A DNA stretch of 64,000 bases from a virus. Lineage: Duplodnaviria > Caudoviricetes. The stretch is from IMG/VR virus record IMGVR_UViG_3300005438_000120, positions 1 through 64,000 of that record; one strand, 5' to 3'. The notes beneath the pieces were generated by a model. That model saw only the letters and a list, made by a program, of their open reading frames with translations. It did no database searches and was not told where the DNA came from. The stretch's first letter is position 1; each line of letters begins with the position of its first letter. The translations under genes and the position numbers were made by a program. Positions 28,515 to 39,082 of the stretch are shown piece after piece.

Positions 28515-29024
28515 ATGAAACGAGCGTCTATCTGTATCGCAATCCTCGCAACGCTAACTCTAGCCGCATGCAGGACCGGTCGCTCACCGTTCGCGCCGCC
28601 CGTCACGATCAACACTCCGCAACCGACGACGCTACCGGACGGCCTACAGCCCGCCGCCGCGCCTACTACGGAATCCTCCGGCTCGCTCGCGTTGACCGGT
28701 GATCCGCAGGCTGATCTCGCAAACGCTATCCAGTTCGTCCGTGTCGATACGCAGAACGCGCTTGTAGGCGCAACTGCCGCTAAGGATGATGTCGGCGTTC
28801 AATGCTTCGTCACGAATCTCGCGTTCCTTGATATGGTGTCAACGCCGCAGGTGACCGTCACCGGCTTGATCTCGAAAGCCGAGGCTCTGCGCGTTAAACA
28901 GCGGGCGGTCGTGAACAACCTACCGGCGTGGTACAACGTGAAGGACAAGTGTGCTGCTGTATTCAATCTGGGACAGGTGTTCAGGCCCCTGAACGCAGTT
29001 CTCGGCGGTATCCTGCCGTTCTGA
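28515..29024 (+). CDS. Lipoprotein
   Basis: Lipobox LAAC after a hydrophobic signal. Confidence 0.7.
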   Translation: MKRASICIAILATLTLAACRTGRSPFAPPVTINTPQPTTLPDGLQPAAAPTTESSGSLALTGDPQADLANAIQFVRVDTQNALVGATAAKDDVGVQCFVTNLAFLDMVSTPQVTVTGLISKAEALRVKQRAVVNNLPAWYNVKDKCAAVFNLGQVFRPLNAVLGGILPF

Positions 29025-29040
29025 TGAGAAGGAGAATCCG

Positions 29041-29742
29041 ATGAATCGCATCGCCGCTATCCCGCTTGTTCTCGTGCTTGCGCTGGCAGGCTGCGCCTAC
29101 TCACGAACCCAGCCTACCGAGCGCGAGAAAGCCATGCAAATCGTTGACTACGGCCTTTCGCGACCGCAAGGAAGGTCGAACTACGACAAAGCGTGGGAGC
29201 GCATCAAGTTCAGGGAAAACGCTAAGTTTCTGAACCCTCGCGCCGCAGGAATCGACTACTGCTTTGATTGCGACATGCGCAAGCGCGGAGTCTCGGATGA
29301 GACACTTCGGCAGTGGCATGAGGTCATCACCGATCAACTTCGCGAGAGATTGCGGACCGGCGATATGTACGATGTCGAGTGCCGCCGATGCGGCTCGGAA
29401 ATGGGATGGAACACGGACGACTGTAACCTGAGCTGCGTTGAGCATCAGCCGTTCGTGACCCGTCATTTCTCTGAACTAGCGGGCGGAGGCGGCGCGCCGA
29501 CGTGGACGCGGTTCCGTGAGCGAGTGATGGCCGCGTTGACGAGCCGTGAAGATTTCCGGCGTTACTTCCCGGCTCGCGGTGATTCGCTTCCCGAACTCAG
29601 CTCCTATCCCGATCTGTGGCCTAGCGAAATCGGCGAGCATGCACCGAATCAGATCGGCGAAACAGAAGCGATCGACATGGGGCTGATCAACGTTTTGATT
29701 CACGCACGCCGCTGCTTGAGCGGTTACGACGGGTGCCCCTGA
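29041..29742 (+). CDS. Lipoprotein
   Basis: Lipobox LAGC; AAGGAG RBS. Confidence 0.65.
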   Translation: MNRIAAIPLVLVLALAGCAYSRTQPTEREKAMQIVDYGLSRPQGRSNYDKAWERIKFRENAKFLNPRAAGIDYCFDCDMRKRGVSDETLRQWHEVITDQLRERLRTGDMYDVECRRCGSEMGWNTDDCNLSCVEHQPFVTRHFSELAGGGGAPTWTRFRERVMAALTSREDFRRYFPARGDSLPELSSYPDLWPSEIGEHAPNQIGETEAIDMGLINVLIHARRCLSGYDGCP

Positions 29743-29854
29743 AGCGAACGCGGCTATGATGTTCGCCGATGGGCACTTCTGCTTTTTGCGGAGAATGGTG
29801 CGATTGCGCTACTGAGCCGTGCTCACACTGCGGGGGCGCCGAAAAAACCGAAGA

Positions 29855-30025
29855 TCAATGATTGCCGATCAGGGTCACGAGCTTTCCAGCGTACGCCACG
29901 GCGATCCCGATGAACCCGGCAAAGAACATTCGCTCGCCGATAGTTTGTAGCTTCGGGTTGACGCTGAGCGCGAACAGAAGAATGCCGACAAGAATCATGA
30001 TGATCGGAATGCTAGCCGCGAGCAT
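29855..30025 (-). CDS. Small 2-TM membrane protein (holin-like candidate)
   Basis: Two hydrophobic helices. Confidence 0.5.
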   Translation of the reverse strand: MLAASIPIIMILVGILLFALSVNPKLQTIGERMFFAGFIGIAVAYAGKLVTLIGNH

Positions 30026-30350
30026 AGTTGAGCCGCCTTTCGCCAACGGCTAATGCGGCTTTGGTGCCGCTTTCGCGAGTTAGCCCGTCAGCGGCGTCTC
30101 AGCGTGCGTAGTAGTCGTAGCGGTTGTGTCCGTTTGGACGTCTATGGCGGTAAGGGGTGGCGTGAGATCGTCGCTCAACTTCCCTTCGCGTGGCGCTTTC
30201 GCTAGTCCTGACGAGAAAGTCGGCGCCGCTGCGGCAATGATTCCGCACGCTACCGACCATCCCCCGCGTAGCAAGAGTGCTCCAGCGGCAGCAGCAGAGG
30301 CTAGCGTGTTCGCGCCGATGATGAACCACGCGCGAGATTCAGAGGTCAGC

Positions 30351-30902
30351 TCAGTGTCTCCCTACTACGAAGTAGATCAGCCCTGCGAGCACGCCTAGTG
30401 ATCCGATAACGGCGCTGATGAACATCCCGCAGATAGCTATGGAGATGCCGATTACCCAGTTTGTCTGCTGGCGAGCCTTCGCCATCGCGTCGACTCCACC
30501 AGCTCCCCGACTTTCGCCGCGCATGAGCAAGTTAATCTCTTCCGTGTTTTTGTCGATCACAGTCCTTAGCTCTCGGAACGTAGCTAAGGTTTCGCCGCGA
30601 GGGAGCGTCGTCTCTTGAAATTCGCGGAAGGTGTGCTGCCATTCGTTCGCGTTGGCTTTGTACGTTGCCAGCGCTTCGCTGAGTTTGTCAGCCGCCGCAT
30701 CGGAGACCTGTTTCGCGAGAACGAGCGCTTTTTCGGCAGACGCGAAAGCCGCATCGTTCGCCGCCTTAGCGGCAGAGATAGCGACGGAGATAGCTTCCTT
30801 CGATGCGGTGTCCCGGATGATGTCCATCCGATCGCGCAGAGCGGACTCGCGATCGTACAGCTCCTTGAACGTTTCGAGCGTCCAGCCTACGGAGTCAGGC
30901 AT
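30351..30902 (-). CDS. Coiled-coil protein with a C-terminal membrane anchor
   Basis: SKEAISVAISAAKAANDAAFASAEKA..NEW; C-terminal TM segment. Confidence 0.65.
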   Translation of the reverse strand: MPDSVGWTLETFKELYDRESALRDRMDIIRDTASKEAISVAISAAKAANDAAFASAEKALVLAKQVSDAAADKLSEALATYKANANEWQHTFREFQETTLPRGETLATFRELRTVIDKNTEEINLLMRGESRGAGGVDAMAKARQQTNWVIGISIAICGMFISAVIGSLGVLAGLIYFVVGRH

Positions 30903-31218
30903 CTGCGCGCGTTCCGTTGATTTGAGTTTTACGAATCTCCGCAACTGCCGCCGAAGTAGCTTTGTGCTCGCGATGACTGATCAATCCTCGGACTACCGTG
31001 CCGCCGAGCGGAATGAGCGCAACGATAGCGGCTTGCCCCCACGCCGTCAGGACGCGCTCAGCGGAACCAGCCCACCAAGGAGCGGACGATTCGGTAGCGA
31101 CCGTTACGAGGAAGATGGCGCAAGTAATGAGGGTCATCGTCAATCTCAACGGTCACGAAGCCAAGGTAGGGGAACGACTGAAGCGCTGTTCCCCTACCTT
31201 GCGGTTAGCGTCAGACGG

Positions 31219-31662
31219 TTACGCGACGGAGCCGTCAGTCGGCGCAGCGACGGCAGGAGGCGCAGCAACCGTTCCGGCGAGTGCGCTGTGAGCGGCGGTC
31301 ACTTCGGCGGTGAGGCTGGCGATGTCTGCGGCTGAGGCGCCGCTGTCGATCGCGGCCTGAAGTGCGGCGATCTTCGCGCCGAGCGCGTCAACGTCCGTTT
31401 TGACATCAGCAATGAATGACTCGACTTCGGTTTTCAGATCAGAAAATGCGGTCATGAGCGTTCCTTCTTTCGTTTCGATGCGGTTGAGTTTTTGGTCGAT
31501 GGTTTGGAGCAGGATGCCGTGACTAGTTAGGGAATGTTCAATCCGTTCGAGACGGCAGTCCCGATCGGTGCAGCCGTGACGGCGATGGAGGTCGCACAAC
31601 ATTTCGAGTAAGGATGATAGCACAGCGCTACTTCGGCATCTTCCCGGCGGCGAGTTCTGCAC
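31219..31662 (-). CDS. Coiled-coil hypothetical protein (start uncertain)
   Basis: LGAKIAALQAAIDSG..; of a kind often seen near phage lysis genes. Confidence 0.45.
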   Translation of the reverse strand: MQNSPPGRCRSSAVLSSLLEMLCDLHRRHGCTDRDCRLERIEHSLTSHGILLQTIDQKLNRIETKEGTLMTAFSDLKTEVESFIADVKTDVDALGAKIAALQAAIDSGASAADIASLTAEVTAAHSALAGTVAAPPAVAAPTDGSVA

Positions 31663-32013
31663 AGGCAGCCCAAATAGTAGCGGCCCACTCGTTCATCTGG
31701 GAAACCTTGTCCGTCACGTCGCTAGAGGGGCCGTTTTCGCCGATCCAGCTTATGAGCAACTGCGCCTGCTCGCAGCCTTCCCAGTCGCCCTCGACCTTGA
31801 CTGAAACGCCGATAGCGGTCAGCATCTTCGAGTAGCCCGCAGCGACTTCGCCGAGATGCAGCGCAGCGACCCGGATTGGATGCGAGACGGTTCGGGCGGC
31901 GAGGACTGGCGCGAGTGCGGCGATGAAACCGCCGTTGTTAAGAATCTTCTTGACGCATGGCGGACACGGTTCGTCTGGATCACCGAGCACGAAGGACATG
32001 GACTTTTACGCTC

Positions 32014-32418
32014 CTATTTCTTCAATCCTGCCACCGCTTTCAGGTAAGCGATGTCTCTCTCGTTGGAGAGTGTACGCGCTTCGAGCATTTGTCGAGCACC
32101 TGCTTCCTTATCTAAGTCGCTCTTAGCGTGTTCGATGTCGGATGTCAGGCGACCCGACGCGACGGCGGCAGCGTTGACCGTCTTGCTCATCGAATCCATG
32201 TTGCCCTTTAGCTCTGACACCGTGCTTTTGATGGATTCAAGTGCCGCTTCGGTCTTCGTCTCGCGAACCTGTGTAGTGACCCATGATCCGAAAACACCGC
32301 TACTTAGTCCGATAACCATAGATACTACGGCCATCGCGTTCTTGCTGAACCACGAAGCCTGATCGCCCTCTCGGCGACCGGGGCCGCTTCGCTCGACGCG
32401 GTCCTCTCCCTCACCCAT
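32014..32418 (-). CDS. Single-TM coiled-coil membrane protein (lysis-module-like)
   Basis: ERSGPGRREGD, then a TM segment, then heptads. Confidence 0.55.
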   Translation of the reverse strand: MGEGEDRVERSGPGRREGDQASWFSKNAMAVVSMVIGLSSGVFGSWVTTQVRETKTEAALESIKSTVSELKGNMDSMSKTVNAAAVASGRLTSDIEHAKSDLDKEAGARQMLEARTLSNERDIAYLKAVAGLKK

Positions 32419-33418
32419 CGGCACCGTCCCTCCCCACTCCGCAATATCAACTACCAAGGACAAGGTTCGTCACCTTCCCTTTCCGAAAGAGTACAGCATT
32501 CCGTCACTGTGTCAACGCAAGCAACGTTCGCGCCGCCTACGAACGGTCAGCGAAAGTCGACACGGGAAAATTACCGCGCGGACCTTCTGTTTCGCGGCTT
32601 GCGTTTCCTGAAGTGGACCTCGCGTTGCTCCGGCGCGTTTCGGCAACCTTCGCAGATCGTTCGGTATCGCCAAACGGCGGGACGATGCGCGGCGATCAAA
32701 TCCGACGCCCGCACCAACAGCCAACAGATGAGCGGGTTAAGCGCGAAGCCGATCACGGCGGCGAGAATCAGCGGGACAATCGGCGTGATCATGCGTTACC
32801 GTCCGACATGTACTTTGAGAAATAGTCGCGGATTCTGATTAGTCCGAACTTGATTCGGATTACTTCATCTAGAGCTTCGTTTTCTGTGATGAGCGGGATC
32901 ACGTCGGCGATAACGTTCATGGCGCTGCTGGCACGTCGCGCGATGAACGAGCAGCGCGCCCGCTCCGTTGCGCATTCCGCGCAATCCGCCGCGTCGCAAG
33001 CTGCCGCTGGATGAGCTTCCGCTGAATTCGCTGAATGTGTAGCCATGCTCCGTCACCTCACGGTTGATAGCGCGATCCGATCGGAACAGCAATCGCTAGC
33101 TGCCACAGGATCGCAGCGGCAGCCTTGCGTGCCGACAATTCGAAACGCTTATCGGTGATGATTCGATCGTGTGCGCGAACTAGCAAACAGAACACGCTCA
33201 TGACTTCGTCGCCTTTCGCTTCCGCGATTTCTCCACCGGCTCAAACACGATCCCGTACCGCTCGATCGCCTCTCCGATATCCTGCGTCACATCAAACTTC
33301 TGACCGGTCACGCGGACGTACGGCTCGCAACCCTTCTCGACTGGAATCACGGTGCGCCACTTGTTCGTAGCGAAGAATCGACAGGTGAGCGGTGAGTAGA
33401 AAACCCTGATTGGCTGTA

Positions 33419-33718
33419 TCATGACTTTGCCTCCAGCGCGCCGATTGACGCCGCGTATTCCATAAAGTGCTTAACCTTGCGGCGCTTTGCTTCGAACGCC
33501 TCTGTATTGCCGCGCCCGATGATTCCGCGCTCTTCGAGCATCGAGACGACGGCGAGCAGATCGGTCAGCTCGCCGGTTATCCGTTCCGCGTTCGTCAACC
33601 CCTGCTCAGGCTGAACTTCGTTGATCCCGAATCGAAGCGCCTTCATCACGCGCTGCGAAACTTCGGCGCATTCTTCAGCGAGACACGCGAGTAAGTGGTC
33701 CGTTTCGTTGATCGCCAT
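33419..33718 (-). CDS. MazG-like nucleotide pyrophosphohydrolase
   Basis: LAEECAEVSQRVMKALRFG..ELTDLLAV. Confidence 0.7.
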   Translation of the reverse strand: MAINETDHLLACLAEECAEVSQRVMKALRFGINEVQPEQGLTNAERITGELTDLLAVVSMLEERGIIGRGNTEAFEAKRRKVKHFMEYAASIGALEAKS

Positions 33719-34868
33719 TATTTTGCCGCCTTCGATTCTTTGATGACCGTGATCCGTCTGCGCACGATCTCGACATCCCGCTCTAGTTGGCGCAGCCTCG
33801 TCGTCCAATAGTGCGACGAATGCTCCAGATTCTTCCGTTTGCTCGATAGGTTGACGATCTCCTGCCGCTCCGCGTTCGCCCGGTATTCCGCATTGCGAGC
33901 CTCGCACGCGACAGCACATGCTTCCCGATCCTCGAAAAGCTCGCTCGCTGCGTACGTCTGATACGCTAAAGCGTCGGGACTAGATTCGGAGTAGCGGAAC
34001 TCGCGTCCGGACATCTCTACACGCTTGGGCGTGAACGGTGTTGGCTGGCAATCGAACGTCACTTCTCGAACGACGCCACGCGGTGACTCGCATCCCGGCG
34101 CGCAATAGTTGCACGAGAGTTCGACGATCTCACCGCTACCCTTCACCAGCGTGAGAACTTTCGTTCCGGCGCATTCGGGGCAGGTAACCCATTCTTCGTT
34201 ATGACCGTTGCCGATAGCCCAAAGCTGCTGACCTATGGCGAACGGAATAGAAATTGTCGCACTCACGACTTCCTCCACGATGCGATCAGCGCGTGAATCT
34301 TTTCCGCGTCCACGTAGACGCAATGCGCCGAAATCGCGAGATTTGACGCGGTGATGTGCCGGTCGATATCCGCTCCCGCCAATCCGAGGATGCTTCCCGA
34401 CGCCGCAGACTCGGCGTACCGGATCAACCAATCCGCGATTTCGTCAACGGCCTCATGCATCGCGGCGCGGCGCAGAACGAGATCACGATGTAGCGCGGCC
34501 TGCGCCTCATGCCTGCGCGAGCATTCGGCTAGAGTCGTAGCGTGACACTGATCGCAGCTAAACATCCGCCGACTCCGTTTTCGTGAACAGTTCCGCGATG
34601 CGCGCATTTGCGCGATCCGCCATGTTTCCGCGCCTCACCGTATAGTCTTCGGGATAGAAATCGACGTACGGTATACCTTGGCGGTTGCTGTTGACTCTGC
34701 ACTTCCCGCCAAATCCGAGGTCACCCTGAAAGCGAAACTCCTTCGGGTAATCATCGCTAATCATGTAGCGTACGAACGATTCGCGCTGTCGGTTGTCGGC
34801 GTAGTCGTTCGCTCCGCACTCCTCAACCAAGATCGTGTAGATCGAGTCGGCCTGCTTTCGGGTGAGGT

Positions 34869-35324
34869 TCATCGCGACACCTCAACAACGGCGTCAGGAA
34901 ATTCTTCGCAGGCCGCAAGATAGTTAGCAACGAACGCCACGAGTTGTTCGTACTTGCCCCATCCATTTTCGGGGTTGAACTTCCTGAAGTAGTCAGGATC
35001 AACACGCAGCCGCGCCAACCCTTTGCGCAACGGTTCGATAAGCTGGCCCGCCCTCGTTACTCCGCATTCGTCCGGTCGCCACAGATGCTCATAAAGCCCG
35101 CCCGCGTGATCCGCCATCGTGTTGAGGTTGTGCGTGATGTTCGCGCGGTAAACACAATCCGTTTCGCTGTCGTCGCGAACAACCTTCACCGGCTCACGAT
35201 CGGGATTGCGGCGATTCCATTCCTCGGCGCTAATCTCGATGGTTGCCCCGTTTTCGCGGATGAAGATTCCTGAACCATGCGGTACTTTGGCATCAGGCAT
35301 TCTGAGGTAAACATCTAGCGACAT
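34869..35324 (-). CDS. Hypothetical phage protein
   Basis: MSLDVYL..ANITHNLNTMA..FNPENGWG. Confidence 0.7.
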   Translation of the reverse strand: MSLDVYLRMPDAKVPHGSGIFIRENGATIEISAEEWNRRNPDREPVKVVRDDSETDCVYRANITHNLNTMADHAGGLYEHLWRPDECGVTRAGQLIEPLRKGLARLRVDPDYFRKFNPENGWGKYEQLVAFVANYLAACEEFPDAVVEVSR

Positions 35325-36134
35325 TACCTAGCCCCCGTGTGCGCTTCGCGCAACTTCGTCACCACCGCCCGCGCTCGCGCCCAATACTCGCGATCGTATC
35401 GGCGCGTCTCCGCGCGCGTCGGCACCGCCTCTCCGGTCAGTTTGCGAAACCCGCGACTGTCGATCAGCACCGAATCAACGAGATCGCCTTTCGAATCGTG
35501 CATATCAACGAGAAACGTCGCGCGAGCCTGCGGCACTTCGCAGCGCTTGGCCTGTTCGAAAAGACGTTTCGTTTCGGCGTAATTGACGCCGACTGCGCCG
35601 TGACCCGTCTTGAAACATTCACCGCCGCGAATGTCGAGAATGGTTACTCCGTGCTTCGCGGCTTTCGGCTTCGCTTCCTTCACGGCGCGTTCGAACTTTT
35701 TGCGAAGGTCGTAGGTGTCGCCATCGCGCAGAGTTTTCGATCCAAAGCGGATCGCGTAACGATTCTTCCGGTTCGGCGCACCATCGACGAACCGCGCGTG
35801 ATCTTCGAAGTAGGCAAACAGCTCATCTTTCGAGAGCCGCTGAAGCTCTTCCGGCGTTTTCGTGGCGGGCAGGCTCACGGCTGCGCCCCTTCGGTACTCG
35901 CCGTGCGCGTATCGGCGATTACGCCCCACACTTCGATATCGCTCACGTCTTTCCGGCGTGCGCACTCGAAGTAGCTGGCGCACCTCAGCACGTCACCGTG
36001 GATGACGAAATCCGAATCACTCAGCGAGGCGTGACCACATTCCGAACAGAACATTGGTACCGCGTAGAACTTGCGGAGCGCGGCGGTCAGGCGTGAGGAG
36101 TTGAGAGCGAATTGTGCGTAGGTCATCGGGTGTC

Positions 36135-36716
36135 CTATTCCGGCGAACTCGTTTGCTGCGCTTCGCTGATAGCCGCGTCAACCGCGTCGCGGATTGCTTC
36201 CTTCACGGCCCCGGCGATCTCTTCGTCAGTCGGCGCGTCCGCTCCGGCATCTTTCGCTTTGGTGCGCAGGTCTGTCGCTACCGCATCCTCGTCAACCTCT
36301 TCAACTTCGATAGCGTCCAACTCATCCGCCCACGCTTCGCATGCATCGCGGCGTTCTTCAAGCAGTTGGCCGGTGTCGCCCTGCCGCAATCCTTCCGGCA
36401 TGTTGTCGAACTTCTCGCCCTGTTCCTCGCCAAGCGCGCGAGCCTCCGACGCGATATCCTCCAGATCGGATTTCAGGTCGTCGGTAGTCTCGTAGTTTTC
36501 AGCCTTCATGTCGGCGAGGCGATCTTCTAAATCGTAGACTGCCGCATAGAACTCGCTCTGCGTCGTCTGTGATCGTCTCGGGTACGTTTTCGAAACGCGC
36601 TTCGCGCCGCCGCGACCACCCACCATGAACTTCCACCAAAAGTACGGATCGCCGACTTTGATTCCGGCAGACGGGATCGCCTTGCGTGCGTGCTTAACCT
36701 CGTGAACTTTTGCCAT
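36135..36716 (-). CDS. Hypothetical protein (leaderless)
   Basis: First gene after TTGCAT-17-TAGATT; DNMPEGLRQG motif. Confidence 0.7.
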   Translation of the reverse strand: MAKVHEVKHARKAIPSAGIKVGDPYFWWKFMVGGRGGAKRVSKTYPRRSQTTQSEFYAAVYDLEDRLADMKAENYETTDDLKSDLEDIASEARALGEEQGEKFDNMPEGLRQGDTGQLLEERRDACEAWADELDAIEVEEVDEDAVATDLRTKAKDAGADAPTDEEIAGAVKEAIRDAVDAAISEAQQTSSPE

Positions 36717-36820
36717 GCCGACAATCTAGCATCGCCCGATTCGGAATGCAAGGAAATTCTTTGCACGATCATAAAGAAACAGTTTGACATTCGGATTCGG
36801 AGAGCCTACCGTGTCTGTCG
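36717..36820. promoter_or_regulatory. Divergent promoter pair
   Basis: Plus strand TTGACA(36784)-17-TACCGT. Minus strand TTGCAT-17-TAGATT. Palindrome CCGA-T-TCGG at 36736-36744. Confidence 0.65.
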
Positions 36821-37105
36821 ATGAACAAGCCGAAACGAGTTCCGAAGAGTAGCGACGATCCGATTCGATGGATGATCGACCATGATGTTTCGGCGGCAAC
36901 GATGGCCGAAGACTGGGGTGTCACGTCATCGTATGTCTACATCCTTCAGAAGTTCGCGAACATGCCGAGCTGGAAGTTGGCGGCCAAGATGGCTCGAACG
37001 TTCGGATGGGAAATCGTTGGCGTGATGGTGCTGTGGGCTGCGCGTGTAACGCCGACACGCGAACAGGCGAAGCGGAAGCGCGGCGCGAAACGGAGGTCGT
37101 CGTGA
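36821..37105 (+). CDS. Cro-like HTH regulator (paralog of 17991-18239)
   Basis: DPIRWMIDHDVSAATMAEDWGVTSSYVYILQKF..KMARTFGW. Confidence 0.7.
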   Translation: MNKPKRVPKSSDDPIRWMIDHDVSAATMAEDWGVTSSYVYILQKFANMPSWKLAAKMARTFGWEIVGVMVLWAARVTPTREQAKRKRGAKRRSS

Positions 37106-38358
37106 GGGGAGCTATCCTTTGCGCATACAAAACGGAACTTGATCCGACTTGCAAACAAGTCACGGCGCTCCTTCGTCACGCTGGAGCCGCGCGTTGGGTG
37201 TTCAATTGGGGGCTTGCGCGCAAGCAGGAGAGCTATGCCGCGTGGGTTGCTGACGGGAAGTGTGGCAAGTGCGTAGTGCCGTCATCGGTTGATCTCAGCC
37301 GTGAACTGACCGTCCTCAAAAAGACGCCGCACGGGGGCGGTGGCGTTCCGTGGCTGTGCGAGGTTTCGAGTCGCGCGCAGGGGCACGCACTCCGGAACCT
37401 CGACCGCGCCTACTCCGACTTCTTTCGGCGATGCAAGGATGGATCGAAGCGCAAAGGCTTCCCGAAATTCAAATCACGGAAACGCGGAATTGGTAATTTT
37501 ACTCTCCACGAGAGCACTTTGCGTGCAACAGAAACGCACATTCGTTTGCCGAGACTCGGCTCGATCAAACTGAAAGAGCGCGGCTACCTGCCGAGTAACA
37601 GCGTTCACGTTCTGAGCGCGACCATCTCCGAAAAAGCCGGTCGTTGGTTTGTTTCGCTGAACGTTGAGCAGGAGTGTGAGTTGACGCCTGCGCCGAAACG
37701 TTTGCTCGGCGTCGATGTCGGCATCAAGAGTCTCGCCGTGACAAGCGACGGAGAATCGTTCGCGAATCCGAAAGCGCTCCGAGCGGCAGAGCAGCGTGTG
37801 CGGCTAGCCCAAAAATCCGTCAGCCGAAAGAAGAAAGGATCAACTAACCGCCGCAAGGCCGTACGCCGTCTCGCGCGTCAACATTACCGAGTCTCATGCG
37901 TTCGAAAAGATGCGATCCACAAGGCAACGTCTGCGATAACCAAGCAGGCGTCAGTCATTGTGATCGAATCTTTGAACGTGGCGGGAATGATGAAGAATCA
38001 TCATCTCGCTCGCGCAATCAGCGATGTCGGGATGTCTGAATTCCACCGGCAGTTGAGGTACAAAACAGCGTGGCGCGGCGGAACGGTAATCGAAGCGGAT
38101 CGCTTCTTTCCGAGTAGCAAGATGTGCTCACAATGCGGCAACGTGAAGGAGTTGTTGTCGCTTTCGGAGCGCATCTACATTTGCGAAGCGTGCGGCCTGA
38201 CGATCGACCGCGATCTGAACGCATCAATCAACTTGAAGAACTTGGCGGGTAGTTTGCCCGTGTCAGCCTGTCGCCCCGGAAGCGCTGGCCGTGGCCGTAA
38301 GGTTGCGGCGAAACTTTTGGTTGGGCAGGAACCGAGAAGGGAGGATCAGCGTGCCTGA
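37102..38358 (+). CDS. tnpB: TnpB (IS200/IS605/IS607 OrfB) RNA-guided nuclease; no TnpA nearby
   Basis: AYKTELDPT N-terminus, RuvC motifs GVDVGIK, IESLNV and DRDLNASIN, Zn ribbon CSQCG..CEACG. GTG overlaps the upstream stop. Confidence 0.9.
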   Translation: MRGAILCAYKTELDPTCKQVTALLRHAGAARWVFNWGLARKQESYAAWVADGKCGKCVVPSSVDLSRELTVLKKTPHGGGGVPWLCEVSSRAQGHALRNLDRAYSDFFRRCKDGSKRKGFPKFKSRKRGIGNFTLHESTLRATETHIRLPRLGSIKLKERGYLPSNSVHVLSATISEKAGRWFVSLNVEQECELTPAPKRLLGVDVGIKSLAVTSDGESFANPKALRAAEQRVRLAQKSVSRKKKGSTNRRKAVRRLARQHYRVSCVRKDAIHKATSAITKQASVIVIESLNVAGMMKNHHLARAISDVGMSEFHRQLRYKTAWRGGTVIEADRFFPSSKMCSQCGNVKELLSLSERIYICEACGLTIDRDLNASINLKNLAGSLPVSACRPGSAGRGRKVAAKLLVGQEPRREDQRA

Positions 38359-39082
38359 TCTTGTCCGCTTCGGAGAACGGATTCCTGATGCGGAGTTCGC
38401 GGCGCTAGCAACGGTTAACGACGCGACCGAATACCTGATGCTCAAAACCGGCTATGCGGAAAGAGCGGATGCGTGAAACCGTTTCGCGCCCGCTTGATAG
38501 CTGCCGCCGTTGACGCACTGCGCGACGGCAGAGACGTGATCGTTCGCGCCCATTCATCGCGCGAGACGGCGCAACTTCGAAACGCGATTCTGCGCGAAGC
38601 AGGAGCGAATGCTATCGAGTGCTGGAACATGGAAGGAGCGGATGAGGACGCGCCGATTGTTCGCGCGCTGCCGTTCGGTTGCGTCCCGGCTGGGGTTGAC
38701 CGGCTCATGCTGCCGCCAGTCGTTTTGTATGATCTGACGACTTGCTTCGAGCGCGGCAACGTCCGTGAGCCTGCAATTCGGAGCGTGTTCGCGTGACCGA
38801 CTTCGAGGCAGTCATCCGCAATCTCCCGAAGGCGCAACGCCGCGCACTCGATAACCTTTCATGCGGCCTGTCTGCCGGAGCTAGTCAGCGGACGTTGGCG
38901 GCGCTAGCGGATCGCGGTCTGATTGTTGGTCAGGAGCGAACGTCACGAGACCGTTTCGGAGTCATGACGTGGATCGAATATGAAGTTCCGATACCTGTTC
39001 ACATGGCATGGTGCGCGGTCTGCGCCGAAGAATGGGATGCGCTCGCGCCGGAAGAGCGAGCCGCGATGGAGGCACCTGACGC

